64,000 nucleotides of DNA from the human T2T-CHM13v2.0 reference genome, Homo sapiens. Shown here one piece after another: positions 52,932-64,000 of the stretch; the stretch's first letter is position 1, and each line of letters opens with the position of its first letter. Location: the NCBI RefSeq assembly GCF_009914755.1, contig NC_060929.1. One strand, 5' to 3'. The notes under the pieces were generated by a model. It was not told the origin of the DNA. It did no database searches and was given only the letters and a program-made list of their open reading frames with translations. The translations under genes and the position numbers were made by a program.

Positions 52932-55900
52932 TTAATAGCAAACTATCTGAAGAAGAAATCAACAAAATAATCCCATTTACAATAGCCACAAAATTTAGAA
53001 TACCTATGAATAAATTTAACCAAGGAGGTAAAAGATGTCTACAATAAAAACTATAAAACATTGATGAAAGAAATTGAAGCAAATACAAAAAATGAAAAGA
53101 TATCTTGAGTTATTAATTGTAATAATTAATATTGTTAAAATGTCCATACTACTCAAAGTAGTCTACAGATTCAATGCAATTCCTATTAAACCCCAATGAC
53201 ATTCTGACATTCTTCATGTAAATAGAAAAAAATCCTAAGTTTCGTGTGAAACCACCCAAGAGCCCAAAGAGCCAAAACAACCTCAAGCGAAAAGAACAAA
53301 GCTAGAGGTGCTGCACTACCTGACTCAAAGTATATTAAAAAGCTATAATAACCAAAACAGAACGGTAATGGTACAAAAACAGGCACATAGACAATTATAA
53401 CAGAATAGAGAGCCCAGAAATAAATCCACACATTTACAGCCAACTGATTTTTTTTCACAAAGATGCCACAAGCACACGTTGGAGAAAAGACAGTCTCTTT
53501 AATAAGTGGTGTCGGGACAATTAGATATACACATGCAGAAGAATAAAATTAGACTCCTTTTTTTCACCCTATGCAAAGATTTACTCAACGTGAATTAGAC
53601 AATTAAATGTGAGACCCAAAACTAAAAAACTACTAGAAAAAAACATAGGGGAAATACTTTTGATGTTGTTCTGGGCAAGGATTTTTTGGTTAATGCCTCA
53701 AAAGCACAGGCAGTGAAAGCAAAAATGGGATTACATCAAACTAAAAAGCTTCAGGAAGCCATCAACATAGTGAAAAGACAACCTGCAGAATAGGAGATAA
53801 TATTTGCAAACTATATATTTGACAAAGGATTAATATCTAAAATATTTGAAGAACTCAAACAACTCAACAACAACAACAACAAAAATAAAATCAGATAAAA
53901 TTTAAAAATGGTCAAAAGACCTGAGTAGCAGTTTGGCCTAATAGTAAATGGCCAACAGGTATATGAAGAAATACTCAACATCACTAGTCATCAAGGAAAT
54001 GGAAATCAAAACCACAATGAGATATCACCTTACCCCAGTGTGAATCACTATTATAAAAAAAAGATAAAAGATAACAAATGTTAGTGAGTATGTGGAGAAA
54101 AGGGAATTTTTATATTCTTTTGGTAGGAATATAAATCAGTACAGACATTATGGAAAACAGTATGGAAGTTCCTAAAAAAATTAACAATGGAACTAACATA
54201 GGATACAGTAACTTCATTACTGGGTTATAGCCAAAGGAAATAAAATCATTATGTTGAAGAGATAGCTGCATTCCATGTTTATAGGTGCACTATTTACAAT
54301 AGCAATGATAGGATATCAACCTAATTGCCCATCAAAGGATGAATGCATAAAATAGGTGTGTTGTATATATATACAATGGAATACCATTCAGTAAAAAGAA
54401 TAAAAGGATAAAAAAGAATAAAATCGCCATTGGTGACAACGTGGATGAACCTGAAAGACATTATGTTAAATGAAACAAGCCAGGCACAGACAAATACCTC
54501 ATTATTTCACTCACAGGTGGAAGCTAGAAAAGTTGAACTTGTAAAAGTAGAGATTAGAATGGTGGTTACCAGAGGATGAGGAGGTTAGTGGAGAAAGGAA
54601 GGTGAGACGACGTAGGTCAAAGGATGTGTAAATACAGGAGAATAAATATGAGAATGAATTTCAAGAGATCTCTTGTACAGCAAAAGATTATAGTTAATGA
54701 TACCTTGTATTCTTAAAAAAGTAAAGAGAGTGGATGTGTTTTCACCACAAAAATGATAACCTTGTGAGTTAATGTATTTGTTAATTAACTAAATTTGACC
54801 ATCCACAATGTATATATACTTCTGTCAATTTCACATAAATAAATAAATTAGTTTTTTTTTAAAGAATGGGTTCCAGTTCATTTCTAGAACTGCCCTGGGA
54901 GGAAAAATTCGGAATAAGTACTGTTTTATGGAATATTCCATAACAAAATCACTCATTGATTCAAAATATGTCATAGTAGAGTCTGTAGAAAATGATGGAG
55001 AAAAAAAAGTCTTTATTTCATAAAAGTTATCCTGTTAATGTGGAGAAAAATCTTCTCAGCAAATATGTAACTTAAGGGCATTTGCCCAAATTCTATGATG
55101 CCTCGTTGTATATAGACGCCGGCTATAGAAATAGCTTACCTTTGAGCTTGAAGACAATTCATTTTCTCTCTTGCTATTTCATTCATTCAATCATTCATTC
55201 ACCAACCCACTCATTCATTCAACAAAAATTCAACAATTATTTGGGCCACCTAAAATATTCATTATAGTGTGCTCGGCATTGAAGGGGATAAGGAGTAGAA
55301 CACTTGGTCAGGTAACTTTCTAGTGAAAATCATCATGTGATAGACATGATGCTTCTGATCCATGTCATGCATTATCTGGATTTCAAAGTTTCCCTAGCCC
55401 TCTTAGTTCTCAATTTAAAATAGCTAAGTCATGTTTTTTTTCTTTTTTGCAATATGTTAAATATAAACTTGAACCTAATTTCAAACACATACATTTTTAA
55501 TGTAACAAATTTTAAAATTTTGCTATATGGGCCTCCTTCTCATCCCCAAATAATTGAGAAGTAAGAAAACAAGATTTTCCTCTGCATGATAACCTTTAAA
55601 TCAAAGTAATAAAGAACTCCGTTCTCTGGCCCATGGGCACTGGCATTGGTGGCCAGAGCTGGCTTTCTATTCCAGTCATGCCCCTGCCACTGCCGTTAGC
55701 CAAATCTGGACAATAGAATCTTTGCCATGTGGAGCCAATGAAGGAATTTAGAAAAGTCATACAAACTTAAGAGGCCCAATGGTAAAATATAGGTATTACT
55801 GTGTGAAGAAGCAGGCTTTATAAATGTGTTGTTTAGAAATATATTTTCTTGGTGAGCTTGAGAAGCTTTCTCTCTCTTTGTAATATTAAAAAAGAAAAGA

Positions 55901-57617
55901 ACCCTGGAAGAAAGTCTTATATATCATTTTTTTTCCTGCCAAGGAGAATTCCAAGATAGGCATTTTCTAGTAAATGTCTTGTTTGCAATAATTGCTTCCT
56001 TGGCATTGTGATATAATGTTGCCGTTTCCTTTAATCTGAGTCATATATGTTTCAATATCTGACCATTCAAGCCGTTGTAACAAGAGACACAAAAAGAAAT
56101 TGCTTTGGTTGGTGTCCTGAGATGTTGGGATAGATGCTGTCATTTACAGCCACAGGTTAGGAGAAATCACTTTAAAAAGCAGGGAATCTGTCTGAGGAGC
56201 CTTATCTGTTTTATTGCAACATGATGGAATATGATCACCATCATGTATTGTGTTTTCATCCCCTGATTGATTTGGTTTCTAGTCTTGAGTTGTAATGACA
56301 AATACAAATACAAATACTCAATGACTTACCAGCAACAGAAATAGGGATTTAACATCAATCATCTTATAAAAAGCTCAAAATGCAATTTGAAACAAGAAAA
56401 GGAAATGCGACTGAAATGGAAATTTCCCATGGTGTTTGTGGCCCATCAGTCACAGCTTTATGTCTCTATTAAAAAATAGCCCTGTCTCCATACAAGGTGA
56501 GCAGCTGGCGCATGATCACAGCCCGTGGAGTGAGTCCACTGAGCTTGTGCTTCATTTCCACAAACGGCCTCAGGGGTTTCCCTTTCTTGGCAAATATAAT
56601 TTGTGTAGGAATTGATTTGCTGCTTCAATAGGAGAATTACATTACTGATGTGCTGTGTACCTAAAATCCTAGATTATTTTCATTAATAAGTCAAATAATG
56701 GGTCAGTTTAGTAAACAGATCAGTTAGGTCTGATATCTAATCAGCCTTTATTTAAATTTTGCACCATCAGAGAGGATAGTTCTTTCATGTCTAAATATGT
56801 ATGAATTATATGAATTAGTTTATGCCAGGCAACATTCTAGACCTTGAAGTTTTGTTGGTAAATGACACAGACAGATTTCCTTCCCTCATATTTGTAAATT
56901 GGGGGAGACCCACAATAAGTGAATTAACAAATTAAAAAGGCAAGAAAGAAAGAGACAGAGACAGATAGGGAGGGGGGGAGAGAGAGAGGAATAAGAACTC
57001 CGAAAGCAACAAAGGATAGGATATATGTATGTAAACCACAGCATTTATATGTATCACAACTGTAGCTCAGGAGAACATACAAATTAGAGCTACTTGATTT
57101 TAAGGTCGGAGACCTATGCTAACACGGCAAGTGTTAGTTATTTCACTGAAGGGGAATGGCCTTGTTGGTCTTTGCATTGTTCCTAAAAGAATGTAACATG
57201 GAAACAAGACCCCACTCCCTAGCCCCACAACAGAAGGAGTACTGAGTTCCAATTATACTTGCCCCACTTGAAAAGTCATAACTGATATTATCTGAGACTC
57301 TGGAAAGGCTGGTAATTCCTGTTTCATCTATTATTTTAATACTGAAACTTTTTTCCTGTCCCACTTATTAACCTTCCACCTTACTTGTGTTCTAACAGTT
57401 ATCGCATGGGTAGGAAGACTAGGGGAAGGGGGATCATTAAATAGAAAGCTTTATGCACCTGGGCACTTAACACTACTGGAGAGTAGCCAAAAGACAGTTC
57501 AAGAGAAGCACATACTCTCTAGGAATTTATAATCTCAGTATGTGACAGCTCAGTTTATGAACATCCAATCTGTGTCAGTCCTGGGGATAGAGGGATAGAG
57601 AGATGAGTGAGACACGG

Positions 57618-58600
57618 TTGTTTTTTTTTTTTTTTTTTTTCAACTTTTATTTTAGATTCAGGGGTACATGTGCAGGTTTGTTTATATAGGTAAATTGTGT
57701 GTCACAGGGGTTTGGTGTACAGATTATTTCATCATCCAGGTAATAAGCATAGTACCCAATAGGTAGTTTTTGATCCTCACCCTCCTCCTATCCTCCATCC
57801 TCAAGTAGGTTGTTTTCTTCTTAGTGTTCACATGCACTCAATGTTTAGCTGCCACTTATAAGTAAGTCCACACGGTATTTGGTTTTCTTTTCCTGTATTA
57901 GTTTGCTTAGGATAATGGCCTCCAGCTCCATCCATGTTCCTGCAAAGGACATGATCTCATTCTTTATATGGCTGCATAGTGTTCCATGGTGTATATGTAC
58001 CACATTTGCTTTATCCAGTCTGCCACTGATGGACATTGAGGTTGATTCCATGAATTTGCTATTGTGAATAGTGCTGTGATGAACATAAGCATGCCTGTGT
58101 CTTTATGGGACAACTTATATTCCTTTGAGTATATACTCAATAATGGGATTGCTGGGTTGAATAGTAATTCTGTTTTAAGTTCCTTAAGAAATTTCCAAAC
58201 TGCTTTCCACAATGGCTGAACTAATTTACATTCCTACCAGCAGTGTATAAGCATTCTGTTTTCTCCACAACCTCTTCAGTATCTATTTATTGACTTTTTA
58301 ATAATAGCCTTTTTGACTGGTGTGAGATGATATCTCATTGTGGTTTTAATTTGCATTTCTCTGATGATTAGTGATGTGCAGCATTTTTTCATACAGTTGT
58401 TGGCTGCACATATGCCTTCTTTCAAAAAGCGTTTATTCATGTCCTTTGCCTACTTTTTAATGGAGTTATTTTTTACTTGTATATTTGTTTAAGTTCCTTA
58501 TAGATTCTGGATATCAGCCCTTTGTTGGATGCATAGTTTGCAAATATTTTCTCCCATTCTATAGGTTGTTGGTTGACCCTGTTGATAGTTATTTTTGTTG
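57618..58600 (-). mobile_element. 5'-truncated L1PA (about L1PA11-13), ~1 kb
   Basis: Poly-T, then caacttttattttagattcaggggtacatgtgcagg... and the ORF2 C-terminal peptide [24 protein letters not shown]. Confidence 0.9.
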
Positions 58601-58979
58601 AATGCAGCTTTTGCCCTCAAGAAAACAGAGTATAAATTAAAATCTGTATTTCAGTATTACTTGTTACAATCAAGAGAAGGGTCCAGAATAACCAGAGAAG
58701 CACAGAGCTCATTTGGTTAAGCCTGGACAAGACATGAGGGGTATTATAGAAGGGACGATAATTGCATATACAAAATTTCCTGGATAATAATCCATGATAG
58801 CACAACATCAAAAACTGGGTCATAGTTCAGATATAGTTCAGGAATTCAGAAACTGGAAGAAAGATTCTGGGATATTTGGTCAGGTATGGATTTCCACAGA
58901 GATAGTGGAACATTAGCAGGGTCTTGAAGGAAGCAGGCCTAATAATTAGCTTTAATCATCTACAATTAATAATAATAAT

Positions 58980-59220
58980 ATTATATTAAGTATCATTAAC
59001 TGTAATGGAAACCCTTCTCTGCATTATATTTGTGGCAGACACTGCACAGCACCTACCTCTCCAACAGCCCTCTGAGGTGACCATCACGGCTGCATTCTTC
59101 TGTAGATAAAAAAAGGAGCTTTGAGTGTTCAGAGAATTTGCTCAAGTGCACCTCAAGGTCAGGGGAAGGGCCAGGATTTTAGCCAGGCATGATGCAGACA
59201 TTCACGGTCTTCACTGTGAC
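58980..59220 (-). mobile_element. MIR relic
   Basis: caacagccctctgaggt...tgtagataaaaaaaggagct...aatttgctcaagtgcac...gggccaggattttagccaggc. Confidence 0.55.
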
Positions 59221-59929
59221 GCTGATTATGTTATTTGGACCCGATGCCCAATGATAGGAGAGGAGTCTTTTAGAGTATACTGTGAGTTATATGAAAGATA
59301 AAGAAGTACTCCTTATGTACAAAGTAGCTTTTTATGTAGCATGCTTAACTATACCTCCTCATTCCCTTTGGATTCCTAATACACAGGATTTGATGAAAAA
59401 AAGGTACAAAATACTCAATAACTCTATATGAATTTAAGTCTGCTTAGATCGGTGCTGCATAATGACACCAAAGGAAATTTTATTTTGTGTTCAAAGTTCA
59501 TATCCCATTTATAAAAGCTCCTCTCCCCAGTGCTGCTAAGTTTCCAAAAAATTAATACTAAATATAGACTTCAGAATTCTTTGTCTCCTTAAAGAAGATA
59601 AAATATGGAAATGACAAGAAAGGAGGACCTATATTTAGTAAGAAATTCTTCAGTTAGAATCAAAGTTGTTGTGATATTGAAATTACAGGTATTTGTGAGT
59701 TTCCCTACTCTTGGAGAAATAGAGCTTACAAGTCAAATCTCAATGCCATAAGTCCTTTGGAACTTTCTACTTATGTCATCAAATTTGCTTGATAAAGAAG
59801 AGGTCTGCTTCATCTTACATATATCTCCATTTGAGAGAAAGACCTGATTGGGGTCTATTTTTTCATGTTGTTAAGAAATCATACTTTTTATTCATAAAGT
59901 TTTACACTTCACTATTTCCCCAAAGTATT

Positions 59930-60045
59930 TTTTAACTTTTATTTTCGTTTCAGGGGTACATATGCAAGTTTGTTACATAGGAAAATGTGTGTTGCCGGGG
60001 TTTGGTACACAGATTACTTCTTCACCTCAAGCATAGTACCAAAAA
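59930..60045 (-). mobile_element. Very short L1PA 3' tip
   Basis: aacttttattttcgtttcaggggtacatatgcaagtttgttacatagg...aagcatagtacc. Confidence 0.75.
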
Positions 60046-60599
60046 TTATTTTTTTGAAAAAGAAATTATACCTGTCACAGAGATTCAAGAATGTCAAATA
60101 TATGCAAACATTTCTAAATTTCATATGAGATTATTCATTACATTTGGTGCTAGATGTGCCAATGCTGGTTTGATTCTTTCAATTAGGAGGCATAAAACAT
60201 GCATGGAAAAAATATTTTGTATGAACACGGGGCAGATTGATTTGCCTTTTAATGCTACATGGAAGTGGTAGATTAGTAATATTTCAAAGGAAATACCAGA
60301 ACAGTGAGATTTAACTCCTGTTTCCAGAGCTTTAGTTTCCTCATATGTAACAGTAAGCTAAGTAGAGAAAATATGACAACTGGATAAACAAAAGCTTTTT
60401 GGCCTTCTTTGACTCAAACCTGGGCTCCTTCTTCACAGCCTACTTCTCCCGCAGCCCTTTTAAGAGGTAGGTAATTCTCTCTCCAAGCGGATACTTCAGG
60501 GTCAGCTACTGGAGTATACCCCCTTCTGGTTTTCTATTGTCATTTCCAAACCACTCTCAGCCTCTTGGCAAAAAAACACCAAACAAGCAAAAATCTTCT

Positions 60600-62780
60600 T
60601 TGAGCCCTATGACATTCAGACTCTCCACTTTTTGCTCCTCAAATGCTTTTCCTCTGCCATCACCCATTGACTTCAACAGTCACATGGACATTTCATCCTG
60701 TAATCTGGCCGCTCAGCTCCTTGACCTCTTCATCTTCAGTGTCTAAGTTATTCTACCCCACACTTCCTGTCTGTTTCTTATCATCATCTAAAACTGTTGA
60801 CTAGAGTTGCTGACTAATAACAACTATTATTTCAGACTTCCTCTCCTCTAACTGATCTTGGCCACTTTATCTTCTTTTCTACTATCTCTCAGTAATTGAC
60901 CCAACTTGTGACTCAGAGAAAAGTGAAGTCATCATGTGGGAAATGCCCTCCATTTCCAAATGCTAAATCTACAGACCTATTTACACCTGTCCTCATTTTT
61001 TCTCCTTTTCTCCTTTTCTCATGCCCACTTAGTTTTTCTCAGGGACTTCACATGGACTATAGATTGTCCTTGTCTTTCTCCCATCAATCTTTCTTTGGAA
61101 CCAGGTCCTTCCCATAAGCATCTAAACATGCTCAAGTTCCTCTATATTAAAAACAAACAAAAGAGCAAAATCAAGTCTCCCAAAAATCTCTCTTCTGACA
61201 CTACATCTACCCCCTGAGACACTTATCTTCTCTTTACAACCTATTTCTTTTATAAGAGCTGCCTTTACTTCCTGTCTCCATTTACTTACTTCTTACTTAC
61301 TCCTCAACCCACTCTGAAGTGGATTACAATCATATCAAGCTAGCAATATAATGCCCGCTAAGATGACCACTTTTCTAAATCCACCTTTCAGCTCCCTATT
61401 ATTTGACCTCTTGGTCACATATCTTCATGTTGACTGTTCACTCCCCTCTTGAATCACACTCTATTTTGGCTTATGTGACATGACATCTCCCTTATGTTCC
61501 TCCAGTATCTCCATCCACTGCCTCTTTAGGTCATTAAATATTAGTATTTATCAAAATTTAATCACAGTCACTTCTACTTTTCATTATGTACTCTTTTAAC
61601 TCTATGTTTTCTGCCTAGGTTTTCTTATTGATACTCATGGGTTCAATTGTTATCTATACATGATAACTCATTAATATAAATCATTAGCCTAGCTTCTAGA
61701 TCTGACTACTTATATGACATCTCTACATAGATGCTTCTAGGTACCTTGATCTCATCCTCTCCAAAATATGGATTTAGTCCCTTTCCAATGTCCTCTGTCT
61801 CAGGGATTAGGATCCCCATCCATCCAGTTTCATAAGCCCAAAACCTATGAACCAAATGACCTTCTTCTCCTTTACATCTGCATATTCAATCTATCAACAA
61901 GCTCTCTCACCTTCCAAATCTGTGCACATCTCTTTCCACTGCCACAATTTTAGTCTAAGTGGTGATCATTTGTCATTTGTCTCCACTATGCAGTTAGTCA
62001 AACATTTGCAAAATGCAAATTGGCCATGCCTCCTGTCTGCTTTTAGTTTGAAGACTAAAATCTTTAACACGGTCCTCGAGGTCCTTCTTGTGTTAATTCA
62101 TGGATTAATTGATTGATTCATTCATTTAAGAAATATTTATTGACTGCAAACACTGTTCAAAGCACCGTGGATACAGTGGTAAACAAAAAAAACAATATTC
62201 CTGCTCTTGTGGAGCCACAAAATATTTATTCTAGTGGGAAAGATCAACAATTCAAACATATACAAAAAAGAAGTTTCTTTTTGGGGGTGATAAATATGAT
62301 GAATAAATGTTAAGCAGCATAAGGAGTTGAGGAGTAACCAGCAGAGTAAATTTAGAAAGGAGGTGGAGGAAGCCTCTCTAAAGAAAAGACTCCTATGCAG
62401 AAAACTAAAGGAAGTGAGAACACACTTGGGGCCCGAGCTCTCTGCTCTCCTTTATTCTCTGTGCTCTAGACTTGTTGACTTTTTTTATATTCCCCAATGC
62501 CTAAGGCTACCTGAGGGCGTTTACACATGTCCTTGGCTCTTTGTCCTTCTCCTCTTCCTTCTTCCCTTCTTCTCCTCCTTTTCCTCCTCCTCTTCCTTTT
62601 TCAGTACTTGAAACATTCTTCTCCCTTCCTCTCACTGGACCTGGTTTCCTCCTAATCTTCAAATCCAGGCCAAATTCACCTCCCCTGGGAAAATCCTTCG
62701 TCACCTTCTAGATAAAATCAATTTTGGTATTATGTGTTCCGCCTGATCATGTTCTTGTCTTCAGGTTGTCTGCTGAGTTT
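60600..62780 (+). mobile_element. Long degenerate L2, interrupted by an antisense L2 3' fragment at about 62090-62420
   Basis: Pyrimidine-rich L2 text (tcctcaacccactctgaagtgg..., tttgacctcttggtcacat..., ctcatgggttcaattgttatctatacatgataactc), with attcattcatttaagaaatatttattga... in the opposite orientation. Confidence 0.65.
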
Positions 62781-64000
62781 TATGTTGTATGCGAATGGCT
62801 TTTACACATTCAATGGGGTATTTACTATTACTTATATTTTAATTAATACTAAAATTATGAAAAAACTTGCTTTTCTTAAGCATTAATCTCAGTTGGTGAA
62901 TTATGTACTTTTACTTATAATCTAGCTATTTTTGACATACATTAAAAAATGTTTAACTTGTTATTTGATTAATATAATTTGATTAATAGTTAATAATGAA
63001 TTTAATAGATTAAATTATCTATAACATTTAACATAATTTTCTTAATTAATATATCCTTAGATGTTTCAAATTACAGTCACAAATGCAATGAATCTAATTC
63101 TCTCAGGGCATAGCTGTAGGCAGACCTACAATTCTAACATGATTTTCTTAGGCACTTAAAGACTACTTTCAAAACTAATTAATCTCAACTTTGGGATGTA
63201 ACTGATCAGATTATTAAATAAACAGTGTTTACAAATACATTCAATCAAATTATCTAGACATTTCAAATTAAAATCACAAGTGTGTTACCAAATAAACAGT
63301 TAAAATCAAAATAACAACTCTAATGGGTCAGATGGACTTAACTGTTTCATATACCTTAAATAGATGGTTACTTATCAGTATGCCCCAAGACTTGACTTGA
63401 TACTCTCAGCCTTTAGGGCAGGCAAGTGGGGCTTGAGGTGGCCAGAATCCATGGGGCTCTTGGCATCCTGCCAAGAACAGCTTCATATAGGGCTCCAAAT
63501 CCCTCTGGAGAGTAACCCTAGTATTCCTTTGTAATATTATTTATTCTATGACATGGTAAATGTTGGCAAGCACTACCATAAATGACAAACACACAAATTG
63601 TTATGATTGCAAAACCTTCCAAAGCAAAATTTGTTCATACCTTGGGTGTGGCTTATGTATTTTACCAGCTGAGGGCTTATTTCCAATTTTCCCAGGGTAC
63701 AAAGACACTTCCCCATATAAGGAGAGCAGATTTGCCATTTCTGGCCAACTGAGGTCACCAGTGTAAGACCTAGGGTACTGATGGATTTGGCTACACGTCC
63801 AGAATAATTCTACCTGAGCCTTAGATTTAAAAGCTGAGGCTTGTTTTATATTCAGGCTGTGGCTTCTTTCTCAGCTCTTAAAAAGACTGTAATCTGTCTC
63901 ACAGTTGTACTGCCTGATTGTTAGTTGGCTCTATTCACCCTACCTAGATGGTAACTAACCCTTTCCTGACACTTTGAAAATTCTTTCATTCCCTTGGTTT

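Noticed and set aside
63560-63780. Cys-rich short ORFs or a possible minus-strand exon with donor AAG|GTATGA
   Set aside because: The acceptor lacks a pyrimidine tract and no protein similarity was recognised.

Overview
Primate (very likely human) non-coding genomic DNA, AT-rich and dominated by transposable elements. I found no intact protein-coding gene, RNA gene or CRISPR array, and most track ORFs are translated repeat fragments. The main feature is a 5.9-kb, two-LTR HERV-H provirus on the minus strand (5922-11829). It has a perfect GTTAT target-site duplication (TSD), a tRNA-His primer-binding site, decayed gag/pro/pol, a consensus-perfect splice donor and a 7 x 42-bp leader tandem repeat. 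It lies inside a 5'-truncated old L1PA with a perfect 17-bp TSD, which also took up an LTR22 solo LTR, an LTR12 solo LTR and an Alu. Further along are two 5'-inverted L1s, a full THE1C whose 5' LTR is interrupted by a copy of THE1 internal sequence, and an MSTB inside MER21. There is also an apparently full-length ancient L1MA with a ~405-bp tandem 5'UTR unit and three nested insertions, plus many MIR/L2/MER5/MLT1 relics. Subfamily names come from recalled consensus sequences and need RepeatMasker/Dfam confirmation. I see no evidence of a wholly new gene system. The best candidates for novelty are regulatory, chiefly the HERV-H/LTR12/LTR22 cluster.
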